Shown in pieces: positions 49,767 through 59,594 of a stretch of 63,553 nucleotides of DNA (position 1 is the stretch's first letter; every line of letters begins with the position of its first letter). The notes beneath the pieces are model-generated. The model was given only the letters and a program-made list of their open reading frames with translations, was not told the DNA's origin and did no database searches. Position numbers and translations under genes: made by a program. The stretch comes from Aliivibrio sp. (GTDB lineage: Bacteria; Pseudomonadota; Gammaproteobacteria; Enterobacterales; Vibrionaceae), in assembly GCA_024206155.1 (NCBI GenBank), contig JAAGZR010000662.1, positions 1 to 63,553 on the forward strand, in the 5' to 3' direction.

Positions 49767-51143
49767 TTAGACTATAAAGTTTCTGATTGAAACAGTATAG
49801 GCTGGTCTTTTTGATAGGTATACTAGGTATCCACAAAGGTACTTTCTCATACCTGCAGCTCTAGCACCTGAAGAGTTGATAGCCATAAATTCTTTTTGGC
49901 CACCGATTGATACGTCTTCGTAATCCTTACCAATCATCATGCAAACTCCGTCTGCTTGAGGGATTGACCAAATTCTGTCAGATCGCACATACTCAGTAGT
50001 TACCATTTCAAGAGTAGAGTTATCATGAATATATCCGAAACCACTGAAACCTCGTTTAGTGTCTCCGTTTGACCATAAACGTCTGTCTTGCTCTTGACCA
50101 TCGATAACTGATCGTAGAGTTTCGTTACTAGCAAGAAGTTGGGTCCACTTAGCTGAAGCTCTACCGTTACGAATCTTAACGTCGTCTAATGCGCCGTGGA
50201 AGTCATCTAGTGAAATAGAATTGCCACCACCGTCGAATACCGTACCAGCAGTTACACCGCTCATAGTAATTTCGTGAACTTTACGTCCATCAGCTGCATA
50301 TAGAGTCTCAAGTCCACAAAGGTTAAGAGATACTTGATCAAAAGCGACACCAGCTGGAGTAGCTTGTGCAGTAATGTTAGACAAGAAGTCAGCGTTTCCA
50401 ACAAAGTCATCAGTATCAGCTTTTCTAAACAAAGAAGCGTCATCTAATTCATTAGCTGCAACTCCAGCACCTATAAGCTTAACAGTGATAGTATTACCTG
50501 CTCTGTCTTTGTTAACAACTTCTAAAGAAAGTCCAGCAACTGATTCTGAACCGTCAGCATCAGCTCTTGAAAGAAGAATGTCGCCATACTCGCAGTATCT
50601 TTCTTCTCCACCACGGCCTGCCGCTAAAGTAAGAACAATTTCTGCTCCAACAGCGCCTGTAGTATGAGTAGCAACTTGAGCAATAATTGCAGTTCCATCT
50701 CTGTGAAATTCTGAAGCCATAAGTCTTTTTTGTATAACTGCTTTAGACTTAACTTCAACCGCTAGCGGATTTTCAAAAGTTGGAGCCTTAGCCGCTCTTT
50801 TTAGTAGAGAGTAAGAAAGACCTATTGTAGCAGTTTTTTGCTTAAAGATAGCTGCTTTTTCTTCCAGGTTTGATTGATCTTGATCTTTGAATTGGAACTC
50901 ACCAGTAGCTGATGCACCTACAGCTGAAGGGCCGAAATCAGTTTGTAGCATGAAGTTGTATGATCTGCCGTTTTCTTCGCCAGCTTTTTTCTTCTGTAAC
51001 ATTTCATACTCTTTATGCTCTTCTGAGATTTGAACCATTACTGATTTTGTGTATAGAATTTGAAGTACTTTGGATAATTTCTCGGAGTTATAGAGCGCAT
51101 CCGCCTGTCCGTTAAATCCAGTAAAATTTTGTCCTGCTGCCAT
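49767..51143 (-). CDS. Major capsid protein
   Basis: Follows portal and scaffold; strong SD; 458 aa; terminator downstream; RDG.A and GLETL patterns typical of HK97-fold MCPs. Confidence 0.75.
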   Translation of the reverse strand: MAAGQNFTGFNGQADALYNSEKLSKVLQILYTKSVMVQISEEHKEYEMLQKKKAGEENGRSYNFMLQTDFGPSAVGASATGEFQFKDQDQSNLEEKAAIFKQKTATIGLSYSLLKRAAKAPTFENPLAVEVKSKAVIQKRLMASEFHRDGTAIIAQVATHTTGAVGAEIVLTLAAGRGGEERYCEYGDILLSRADADGSESVAGLSLEVVNKDRAGNTITVKLIGAGVAANELDDASLFRKADTDDFVGNADFLSNITAQATPAGVAFDQVSLNLCGLETLYAADGRKVHEITMSGVTAGTVFDGGGNSISLDDFHGALDDVKIRNGRASAKWTQLLASNETLRSVIDGQEQDRRLWSNGDTKRGFSGFGYIHDNSTLEMVTTEYVRSDRIWSIPQADGVCMMIGKDYEDVSIGGQKEFMAINSSGARAAGMRKYLCGYLVYLSKRPAYTVSIRNFIV

Positions 51144-51175
51144 TTTTTTATTCCTTTCGCCTAGTTAGGCTTATT

Positions 51176-52339
51176 TTATAGTTTTATGTTATTCCAGTTT
51201 GCAAACGCTTCTTCTATTGAATCGAATGCTTCTATTTCCTCGCGTGAGGTAGATTTTTTTGGAGCTACAACTTTTTGAGCTTTCTGAGTAGCATTGGCAC
51301 TGCGTTTTTTAACAACACTATCCACTTTTTTACTAACTTCCGCTTCTCTAGGACCGCTAAAAAAATCGATTTCATTTTTGAAAACTTCTTCGGCTGCTTC
51401 AGGAGTAACCTCTTCAAAATTTCCAAGCTTACGAATAGATTCATTCCAAGCTCTTTCCATGATACCATTTTCTCTTGATTGATCACCAAGTTGACCTCTA
51501 ATGTCGTGTTTGAGGAAAGCGTTAAAGATCATTGTCTCTTGTTCTTTTCTCATACGAGCATCATGCTCACTACGCGATTTATCTTCATCACGCGTCTTTC
51601 TTTGTTTGGCTTTTTCGAGCTCTCTTTTTTCTCTTCGAATTTGCTTACGTTCTTCGTATAAAGAAAGGGCATCATCGCTAAGATCATTCAAGTAATCTCG
51701 TTCTTGCACTGCTTTTTCAATAAGATCGTCCATGGTCAATTCACCTTCAGTGAGAACACTAACAACATCATTGAAACTGCTTGGATCTTTGTAATCTAAA
51801 TTTTCACTTAGCTCTTCCAGTTGATTAAATAACTGAGCGGTTTCATTCAAATCAGTCATTTTCTCTTCTGTTTGTTTCGCCTCGTGCTTCATCTTATCAA
51901 GTTGAGATTGATAAAGTCTAGCTCTATCTGCTGCTTGATGCAACTTAATCAACTTATCTTCAGATGGCTTTAGATCAACTTTGATCTTCTTTCCACTGGG
52001 ACCGTCCACAAATAATTCTGATACTTCTTCTTCTTTGTCGTCACTTTCTGAGTCTGTTTCAGATTTGTGTTCAGATTCTTCGTCTTCTTCTGCTTGTCCG
52101 TCGACTACAGATTCTTCGCCTTCTTCAACCGAATCCTCAGGTTTGCGTTCGATTTCAGTCTCCATCGCTTCAATACTGTTTTCCTTGAAATTCTCCAATT
52201 CTTCAGCACTAATTTCTGGTTCGACTTCTCCAAGCTCGCTGAGAGCGGCACTTAAACCACTAGTCTCAAACGCATCCAACGCTGCTTGTTCTTCTGCACT
52301 AAATCCATAATCGCCATTTGGGTTATTTGGATCGCTCAT
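51176..52339 (-). CDS. Capsid scaffolding protein
   Basis: Highly acidic N-half and coiled coil; between portal and MCP; AGGAG SD before MSDPNN. Confidence 0.7.
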   Translation of the reverse strand: MSDPNNPNGDYGFSAEEQAALDAFETSGLSAALSELGEVEPEISAEELENFKENSIEAMETEIERKPEDSVEEGEESVVDGQAEEDEESEHKSETDSESDDKEEEVSELFVDGPSGKKIKVDLKPSEDKLIKLHQAADRARLYQSQLDKMKHEAKQTEEKMTDLNETAQLFNQLEELSENLDYKDPSSFNDVVSVLTEGELTMDDLIEKAVQERDYLNDLSDDALSLYEERKQIRREKRELEKAKQRKTRDEDKSRSEHDARMRKEQETMIFNAFLKHDIRGQLGDQSRENGIMERAWNESIRKLGNFEEVTPEAAEEVFKNEIDFFSGPREAEVSKKVDSVVKKRSANATQKAQKVVAPKKSTSREEIEAFDSIEEAFANWNNIKL

Positions 52340-52415
52340 AGCTCTCTCCTTATTTTGATTGTGTGATCCGCGGACCACCGACGGTAAAACCGCCGTTATA
52401 TTGTATAATACCCTA

Positions 52416-52444
52416 ATTATAGCACATAATTAAGATATTGTCAA
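52416..52444 (-). promoter_or_regulatory. Consensus sigma70 promoter for scaffold-capsid
   Basis: TTGACA-N17-TATAAT with TGn. Confidence 0.8.
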
Positions 52445-52453
52445 ATACGTAAT

Positions 52454-54475
52454 TTATCCTATTCCTGGACCTTGAGGAGGAGGCATTGGCATTTGTGCTT
52501 CCCCTTCTGCTGGTGCTGCAGGACCTGCAGGAGCTTGACCATTTAAAGCCCCAGGTCCAGAACCGCCAATAGTTCCCTTAGCCAGTTGCTCTCTTTGCTG
52601 GATATGTTTTTCTATAAGTTTTTTATCCCCTTTATCCATATCCCTAAATTCAGCAGTACTTAAGTACCTGTAACCATAAGCAATCATTGCTTGATGGTCT
52701 TGCATTTCTTGTGGTTCAATATAAATATCATTAGCAACCATCTGCTCAAATATTTCAGCTTGACGCCTTTCCCAAGCCTTTATAGTGTCGTGAACGGACT
52801 CTACATCCCCGAGTTCCATACCCTCCAGCAAGACTTTAGGATCGACTCCCATTTGCTGATACATAGCAAAGTTTTGGACAAATTCTTGTTTACGTAAAAC
52901 CGGATCAAGAAACATAGAAGTTCCGTATTCTACAATAATATCAAATCCACCATCGATAGAAGAACCTTTAATTGTATAAGCTTCAAATGCTTTTTCTTTA
53001 CCCATGACTCTAATTGTTCTGCTGGTCGTCCAATAAGTTCTAACCATATCAAGAAGGTCTTTATAAACACCTTCTACTTGTTTTACATAATGCTCAAATA
53101 TATTACGTCTAACTAAATTTCCTTGAGAAACGGCATATTCCATAGCCATTGCAGACTGTTCTCTAGACTGTTGACCAAACATGGACTCATTTAATGCTGC
53201 CATGTCTTCTCCAGCTCCTTTGAGTTTTTCCCTAAACATTTGGATATCTGGCATTTGACCTCCAGAAGTGATAAATGAAGGCTTTTCTTGGGAGGAGGCT
53301 ACTCGCAGTACTTGCCACGGACCTCCGTCATTTACGGAAGTTTCGTCTACTCCAGAACCTTCTGGAACTGCTAATATCTGAGCACCGTTTGCTTCTATAT
53401 TTTCCATAGTTAAATGGTCTAATTTATTGATCATGTCTTGTATAGCTTTTTCATAACTAACAAAAGTATTGCTGTAGAATTGGCCAGAAACTTTATCTCC
53501 TTGTATAGGGTGAAAAGGTAGACGCGCTACACTATACATTTCGGCTGGTTCGATATCTCCATTTAATCTTTCTTCACGGACTTCTGTTGGAACAAACCGA
53601 TGAGGGTTTACATCTAGTTCTGTGACAGGAGTTCCATCTCCTAAACAGATAATATATCGTCCTAAGTATCCATTTGTTGGAAGCCCCTTTTCCCAATAAT
53701 GATAGACTCCGTAAACAGTTTCTCTAAAATCATCGCCGCTTCTAAATTTATCTGCATAAGATCGAGAATTTTCTTGTTGACTTTTACGATCTCCTGATTT
53801 CTTTATTAATTTTACTTGCTTAGGTGTAAAATGAAATTCAAGCTCATCTTCGTTATACCACCTTCTTTCGAACACATATTCCATATCTTCCCAGCGTTCT
53901 TTAGAAGGTTGTACCCACATATCCCAAACCGAAGGAGAATTAAAACTTAAATCCCCTTCGACTCTCATTAAACCAGAGCTATCATCAAAATCTAAGATCC
54001 TACCTTTAGAAGGGTCCCAAACAGATTTAACCCAGCCTAGCCCATAAACCATAACATTTAAAGAGCTTAGCTCAAATACGTCTTTAAGGTTGTACTGTCT
54101 AAGGGAATAATGAATAATTGCATCTGCACTATCCGCTGCCCTCTTATCCATAACATCTGTAGAGTTAGGTCTAGGCTGAACTACTGGGGGGTTGGCTATA
54201 AGTTGAGAGTGTAAAAATTTAACATGCCGATAAACATAGTTAACATTAGGAACATTATCATCACTGTCAAAGACAGATTGAATAGCACTATCTATATCAA
54301 AATAAGAAACATCAAAATCGTCAGAATTATGAAGACCTCCAGGCTCGAATACAGTTATCTCATTTTCTTTCCACTTAGATTCCATACATCTACGTCTGTA
54401 AATTTTACAATCATTTATCTTGTTGCTAAGTTTAGTCTTAATGTCTTTAGCGTCCCATTTAACGACTTTCATCAT
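52454..54475 (-). CDS. Portal protein (P22/podovirus-like)
   Basis: 673 aa; GLGWVKSVWD, SVWDMWVQP, IQDMINK, SAMAM and P/Q-rich tail; follows TerL. Confidence 0.85.
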   Translation of the reverse strand: MMKVVKWDAKDIKTKLSNKINDCKIYRRRCMESKWKENEITVFEPGGLHNSDDFDVSYFDIDSAIQSVFDSDDNVPNVNYVYRHVKFLHSQLIANPPVVQPRPNSTDVMDKRAADSADAIIHYSLRQYNLKDVFELSSLNVMVYGLGWVKSVWDPSKGRILDFDDSSGLMRVEGDLSFNSPSVWDMWVQPSKERWEDMEYVFERRWYNEDELEFHFTPKQVKLIKKSGDRKSQQENSRSYADKFRSGDDFRETVYGVYHYWEKGLPTNGYLGRYIICLGDGTPVTELDVNPHRFVPTEVREERLNGDIEPAEMYSVARLPFHPIQGDKVSGQFYSNTFVSYEKAIQDMINKLDHLTMENIEANGAQILAVPEGSGVDETSVNDGGPWQVLRVASSQEKPSFITSGGQMPDIQMFREKLKGAGEDMAALNESMFGQQSREQSAMAMEYAVSQGNLVRRNIFEHYVKQVEGVYKDLLDMVRTYWTTSRTIRVMGKEKAFEAYTIKGSSIDGGFDIIVEYGTSMFLDPVLRKQEFVQNFAMYQQMGVDPKVLLEGMELGDVESVHDTIKAWERRQAEIFEQMVANDIYIEPQEMQDHQAMIAYGYRYLSTAEFRDMDKGDKKLIEKHIQQREQLAKGTIGGSGPGALNGQAPAGPAAPAEGEAQMPMPPPQGPGIG

Positions 54476-54681
54476 AAGTAGTGGTTCCTTCTATTATTTA
54501 TACGGTCGTTTATAGAATCCTGGTGTTGGATCGGTATTCCATAACTTATCATTATAAGGATAAGCATCCATTTCTGGAGTGTCAGAAGGAACGTCAATAA
54601 TTCTCTTCTTGCGTTTGCGAGGCTTTTGTCTTTTAGGCATTTTTAAGGTACTTAAATCTATTTCAATTTCTATTTTCATAT

Positions 54682-54837
54682 TTATCTTCTTTTCCGGTTT
54701 TCGACTAATGCTATTATCATACGGTTAATTTTAGATCTGTCTTTTTGGATTCCCATTAGTACCACCATATTAACAAATAATAATAAGGTATTAACTAAAA
54801 GAGCTAAAGATAACCAAGTATTTGTCTCTATCACCAT
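54682..54837 (-). CDS. 51-aa single-TM protein between TerL and portal (absent from the ORF track)
   Basis: MVIETNTWLSLALLVNTLLLFVNMVVLMGIQKDRSKINRMIIALVENRKRR*; overlaps the TerL stop and abuts the next ORF. Confidence 0.55.
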   Translation of the reverse strand: MVIETNTWLSLALLVNTLLLFVNMVVLMGIQKDRSKINRMIIALVENRKRR

Positions 54838-56423
54838 ATTTTTGGCCTTCGTTTAAAAGAATTAAGTTTACGTCTATATCTATGTTTATCATATCCTGTA
54901 GCTTTTGTCAACTGTTCTTTTACTTTTTTTTCTTCTTGCCAAGCTTTTAAAATGGCTTGGTCTCTAGTTACTCCAACTTCTGTAGATTCTACATTAGGGG
55001 GTAACAAATCCCACAAATACTGCAGTGAATCTAGTATATGCAGATGAGTAGATCCTTTAATTACGTGATCTTTATCAGGATGCCATTCAGCTCTATGAAT
55101 TTCATCATAGCAGTGTTTTTGATCTCCAACAAATAACCACTTTCTTCCTGATATTGCAGCTACTAATTCTTTAACTAAATCTGTTTTACGTTCTTTCTTT
55201 TTAGGTACAGGAATGTATGTAACATTAAATCTTCGTTTTGCGGTCCTTGCCCACCACTTTTCATGTGGATCGTAAATTCTTCGAATAACATTATATTTAG
55301 ATATCATACGTTCGACTTTACCTATTAGCATTTCAGGGTCTTCTTTATCGTTAGGTTTAATATACCCCGACCTTAATACGTACCATCTTGATTCATTAGG
55401 AGACCAGACCGCAAGAGACCATCCAATTTTAGAACTCATTGCTGGATCTACTGCAAGAACGTGAGACCAGCTCACCGAGTACCCTTCTATCTGCTCTACT
55501 ACGTTTTCTGACTTACTAAAGATAAATACTTTTTCGTCACCGTCAAGCCAATCACCATATAGTATGCAGTTTTTCTGTGCTTCTGTCATACCATTAAGAG
55601 ATTTTTGCATCTCTTCTCTACGATTAGCGTAGGCTGGATTATCCAACATACCAAATCTATAAGTCGCTACAATCTCTGGATCACTTTCTTCTATAATTCT
55701 TCTAACTTCTGGGTTAGGAGTTTTTGGTGTGAAAGTGGCACAAAACTGAGCACGTCTTGCATCAACCCTACGATGTAATTCTTCAATTAGTTTCCAATCA
55801 TCTGGAAGCTCATCTAACCACACATCATGAAGTGTTAGGGATTGTACCCTTTTAGCGGCTAATTTAGAATTATCGTGTGAGAAAAATAAAATCTTGTTTC
55901 CATAACCCGAGCTAGTAGGATCCTCATTTATTACGGACTTTATAATTCCACCTTGCCTATTGACTTTATATTTCGTCCCATAAAGATAAGGCTCTAACTT
56001 TTCTTCCCAAAGCTCTTGTGTAAGCTGACCGGTCTTAGAACCGATTAGCATACTGAGTTTTTCTCCTCGCCAATCCATCCATTTAGACTTACACTTTTTA
56101 CAATCATAAATTGCATTTGCTGTGTCACCTTCCACACTAATTATATCGAACTCAGTGCTACCACACAATTTGTTCATACACCTCTTATTGTTGGGCCTTT
56201 GCCAATATGGATGTGTTTCGGTGAACTTCCAAGCAATATCTCTTGCTTTAAGAGAACTTTTTCCGGACTGATTACCAGCTATTACATATTTATGACGACT
56301 CCAAACATCCCGAAGTACTTCGTCTTGTTTACTAGTAGCTCTTGACTCAAGGACATTTGGATTAAATGCTTGATTCATAAGTGCCATTTTAACGGCACGT
56401 TCTATTTCATTTTTATTACTCAT
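54831..56423 (-). CDS. terL: Terminase large subunit
   Basis: Walker A AGNQSGKS, Walker B VWLDE, TFTP, DNP, YGDW; nuclease AVDPA...HILDSLQY. Confidence 0.92.
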   Translation of the reverse strand: MSNKNEIERAVKMALMNQAFNPNVLESRATSKQDEVLRDVWSRHKYVIAGNQSGKSSLKARDIAWKFTETHPYWQRPNNKRCMNKLCGSTEFDIISVEGDTANAIYDCKKCKSKWMDWRGEKLSMLIGSKTGQLTQELWEEKLEPYLYGTKYKVNRQGGIIKSVINEDPTSSGYGNKILFFSHDNSKLAAKRVQSLTLHDVWLDELPDDWKLIEELHRRVDARRAQFCATFTPKTPNPEVRRIIEESDPEIVATYRFGMLDNPAYANRREEMQKSLNGMTEAQKNCILYGDWLDGDEKVFIFSKSENVVEQIEGYSVSWSHVLAVDPAMSSKIGWSLAVWSPNESRWYVLRSGYIKPNDKEDPEMLIGKVERMISKYNVIRRIYDPHEKWWARTAKRRFNVTYIPVPKKKERKTDLVKELVAAISGRKWLFVGDQKHCYDEIHRAEWHPDKDHVIKGSTHLHILDSLQYLWDLLPPNVESTEVGVTRDQAILKAWQEEKKVKEQLTKATGYDKHRYRRKLNSFKRRPKIW

Positions 56424-56714
56424 ACGTCTTCCAAAGTAAGACTAGAATGATCCTGTAACATTAGACGGAAGAGATACTTCTTCATCTTCATCTTCGGGAA
56501 AATCAATTTCATTTTTGATTCCGGGCCCTTTTACTTTTTTGCGCCTTCGTTTCATTTTAGTCTTTAGGTCTCTTTTACCTTTAGGACCTATAACTTCCTC
56601 AGTATCCTCAGACACTTGTGGGTTAACGCCCCGTGCTTGTATCGTTTGTAGTACTTTAGCCATTTTTTCTTTATCTAGTGCCATTAGTTTATCCTAATCA
56701 AGTTTTCCAGAAAC

Positions 56715-57020
56715 TCAGTTTCTTTTTTTTCCACTGGGATTCTTAGTCTTTTTTCCTTTTGGCCATAAATCTTTACAGGCCCAATATTGTGCAGACAGTT
56801 TGCTTTTCTTTTCATCACACTTATGTCTTGCCCTAAATGATTTTTTAGCAGAATCAGAATAATTATGATCGTATCCAGTAGCTCCGTAGTGTACTGTTTT
56901 TTCTTTGCCGTTTTCGCAAGCTTTTACCATCTTTTTTTTGCCTGATCGCGTACTTTTCTTTGGCTTATTACACGGGGCATTTTTAAGCCCATTTCTAAGT
57001 TTACTCATTGCCTTTTCCAA
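56715..57020 (-). CDS. Basic conserved viral protein
   Basis: KTVHYG..GY...KSFRARHKC...LSAQYWAC..W pattern recurrent in aquatic viruses; function unknown. Confidence 0.65.
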   Translation of the reverse strand: MEKAMSKLRNGLKNAPCNKPKKSTRSGKKKMVKACENGKEKTVHYGATGYDHNYSDSAKKSFRARHKCDEKKSKLSAQYWACKDLWPKGKKTKNPSGKKRN

Positions 57021-57191
57021 AAAATCCAGATTTAAATTTTTTTACCTTTTCTTTGTCAAGAAACTCTTTTTTCTTTTGCTTTTTTTTGTTAGAATCTTTA
57101 GAACTAAACCAGTCTTTTATACTGCGCCCTAATTTTCCCAGCTCGTTTTTACGCTTTTTACGTATTTTTTCCATATTAGAATAGCCTGAAC

Positions 57192-57488
57192 TCATTTTAA
57201 TAATCCTAATTTATCTAAAGCAAAAACTAAACTTCCAGCAGTAATTATAAACCCCACAGCGGCACTAAAAGTTAAAACTAAGTATTTAATACCATAAACA
57301 TGTTTTTGTACGGGTTTAAATTTAGTTTCTAGCAAATCTGTTCGCTTTATATGGTATTTAAGGTCTGCCTCAATGGCACCTAAACGAATATCTACTTCCT
57401 TAGCGTGCTCCTGAACTTCTTTACGAGTTTCTTTGAGCTCATCTTTTGATTCTTTTATTTCATTAAGTAAAATTTCTTTCCAGTCCAT
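57192..57488 (-). CDS. Coiled-coil plus C-terminal TM protein (holin-like candidate)
   Basis: MDWKEILLNEIKE..., DLKYHIKRTDLLE, then one hydrophobic helix; the track's upstream extension overlaps promoters. Confidence 0.5.
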   Translation of the reverse strand: MDWKEILLNEIKESKDELKETRKEVQEHAKEVDIRLGAIEADLKYHIKRTDLLETKFKPVQKHVYGIKYLVLTFSAAVGFIITAGSLVFALDKLGLLK

Positions 57489-57553
57489 ATCATACCACAC
57501 AGATTTAAAAATGTCAATGAGGGAATTATACCACAAATGCTCATTAAAGTCAA
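57489..57553 (-). promoter_or_regulatory. Two tandem sigma70-type promoters upstream of the packaging operon
   Basis: TTGACT-N17-TATAAT (57553-57525) and TTGACA-N17-TATGAT (57517-57489), both with TGn. Confidence 0.65.
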
Positions 57554-57568
57554 GGTTAATGTTATTAA

Positions 57569-58087
57569 TTAAAGAGCCCAATTTATTCCTATTTGTAACT
57601 CTTTGATATTACTAGGATTATTAACGTCTAACTCCATGCCGGCGCTTATACCAAAAGGCGTAATTAAAGAATAACTGCCATTAATGTTGAGGTCTAAGTC
57701 GCTGGTGACACCAATTCCTAATGTTAATTTTCGGCGCTCAGACCGGCGTTCTGCATCTTCTAGTCGGAGTTTTAAAGTTTCTATTGTCTTATTCTGTAGG
57801 ACAATTGTCCTAGATTGTTGAGAACTTTCCTCACTGGAATCAGTTTTTCTGCGAGTAATCCTAGTTCCATCAGGCTGTACGATCTGTTCGTAAGACTCTT
57901 GAAATCTGGACTTTAAGGCTTTGTTTTCTTCTTTAAGGCTTTTATATTCGAATGTTTCTTTAATAATTTGAGCCTCTAAAGATTTAACTCTTTCTTTATA
58001 TATATCCGCTGTACTAAAACTAAAGTAACTAATAATGCCCCCCATTAAAAAGCCTACAAGTAAAAAAGTAAGTTTTGGGTATTTCAT
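57569..58087 (-). CDS. N-anchored coiled-coil membrane protein (spanin-like candidate)
   Basis: N-terminal TM, coiled coil, and C-terminal amphipathic beta strands ending GINWAL. Confidence 0.45.
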   Translation of the reverse strand: MKYPKLTFLLVGFLMGGIISYFSFSTADIYKERVKSLEAQIIKETFEYKSLKEENKALKSRFQESYEQIVQPDGTRITRRKTDSSEESSQQSRTIVLQNKTIETLKLRLEDAERRSERRKLTLGIGVTSDLDLNINGSYSLITPFGISAGMELDVNNPSNIKELQIGINWAL

Positions 58088-58596
58088 TATAATCCCCTTC
58101 TTTTGCAGCTAATATGCTTATACTTAACTCCAGGAGCTACCTGACTATAAACACCAGGAAATTCACCTTGACAAGTGGCTTTATGTCTATCTTTTAATTC
58201 TTGAATTGATTTTTTAGTTACTGGAATTAAATAAGAACCAGTGGCCATTAAAGACTTTTCTTTAGGAGAAGTATGAGCTAAATCAAGCCCACAGTGTCCC
58301 CACTCATGAAACACTAAAGATTTAATTTGTTGTAAAGTGGCTTCTTTTATAAATTCCATTTCTAATTGTATATACCCTCCCCAAGGATCACATAATCCTG
58401 CAAAACCTGGAGGAACTATAGGTGTCACATAAACTGCAACTTTTCTCGTATAAGGAAATAAAGTGATTAGTTCTTTAACATAGGTTTTGATGTACTGTTT
58501 CTTTTGTTTCAGTGTTAGTTTTTCTGGAGCTTCAGCATTAGTTGTCATAAGGCAAAAACAAGTAAACACTAATAACATCCACCATTTAACTTTCAT
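58087..58596 (-). CDS. Secreted metzincin (matrixin-like) Zn peptidase
   Basis: Signal peptide; HEWGHCGLDLAH and SLM Met-turn. Confidence 0.75.
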   Translation of the reverse strand: MKVKWWMLLVFTCFCLMTTNAEAPEKLTLKQKKQYIKTYVKELITLFPYTRKVAVYVTPIVPPGFAGLCDPWGGYIQLEMEFIKEATLQQIKSLVFHEWGHCGLDLAHTSPKEKSLMATGSYLIPVTKKSIQELKDRHKATCQGEFPGVYSQVAPGVKYKHISCKRRGL

Positions 58597-59095
58597 ATTT
58601 ATCTTCTTTTTTTAATAGGTTATAAAGTTGTTTGGGAGTTACTGTTTGAGGATCTATATTTTCTACTAGCTCTGGCTTACATTTTTGCAACATTACACAA
58701 ACAAACTCCGAACAATTCCAACCTTGTTGCCAAGGATTTTTTATTTTAATATTTAACGAATTAAGCAAGTCCACTAAAAGAATTCCTATATTTTGCATTA
58801 CTCCATAATCATCTCCTGATACCTTATGAAGCTCTAAAAGCATTTCATTGTAGTTTTCTTCGGACACTTCTATAACAATTTCTTCTACTACCTCGTGTCT
58901 TTTATTAAACTGATAATCAGACATACTTAAAACTTTACCTTCGGAAGCATGAGTTACAGTATCTGAACCTAAAAAAGGAGTCTCTAAAATTATGTAAATA
59001 TGACTAAACTTTGTTCTTTGGTAGACTCTAACGGCCCAAGAAAACAAAGCAAGATTCTTTTTAGACTTAGAAAATCCTATTTTAACCCTTTTCAC
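58586..59095 (-). CDS. Permuted papain-like NlpC/P60 (YaeF/YiiX-type) protein
   Basis: N-terminal FSHIYI, central Y and C-terminal WNCSEFV...VTP. Confidence 0.75.
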   Translation of the reverse strand: MKRVKIGFSKSKKNLALFSWAVRVYQRTKFSHIYIILETPFLGSDTVTHASEGKVLSMSDYQFNKRHEVVEEIVIEVSEENYNEMLLELHKVSGDDYGVMQNIGILLVDLLNSLNIKIKNPWQQGWNCSEFVCVMLQKCKPELVENIDPQTVTPKQLYNLLKKEDKYES

Positions 59096-59117
59096 AGCAA
59101 CTCCATTTAGTGTTATT

Positions 59118-59594
59118 TTAGTTATTTTGATAAACTAGATCAATATCTTCTATAATTAAATTAATTCGTTCTTGTGTAATCCAATGAAACTCTTCTGTCA
59201 TAGCATCAGGAGACATATTCAAAAGAAGTTCCCTAGCTTTAGCTAAAGCCCCAACTAATAATAGTATGGAAATAGGTCCAGCTTTTTCTAAAACCCAAGC
59301 ACTTTGCTCACTGGTAATTCCATCTATTGTGTTTCTTTCTAAGAATCTATCAGAAATACGTTGACCTTCTTCTCTCAAAATAGAAATATCGTATTTTCTA
59401 GGCAAAGATGCAAAAAATTCGTCTAAAGTTTGATTATATAAATCAAATATGACTAACTCTATTACTGGTTTAATGCCATAAGCATCGTTTGTATTTAAAA
59501 GATAAATTCCTTCAATTTCGTAACAAAGAGAATAATTCTGAGGTAAAGCGTTTTCTATTTCCATAAATTGAACTACAGTCAATTCTAATTTCAT
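59118..59594 (-). CDS. Hypothetical protein (possible fibre chaperone)
   Basis: ATGA-coupled to the end of the giant fibre gene. Confidence 0.45.
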   Translation of the reverse strand: MKLELTVVQFMEIENALPQNYSLCYEIEGIYLLNTNDAYGIKPVIELVIFDLYNQTLDEFFASLPRKYDISILREEGQRISDRFLERNTIDGITSEQSAWVLEKAGPISILLLVGALAKARELLLNMSPDAMTEEFHWITQERINLIIEDIDLVYQNN

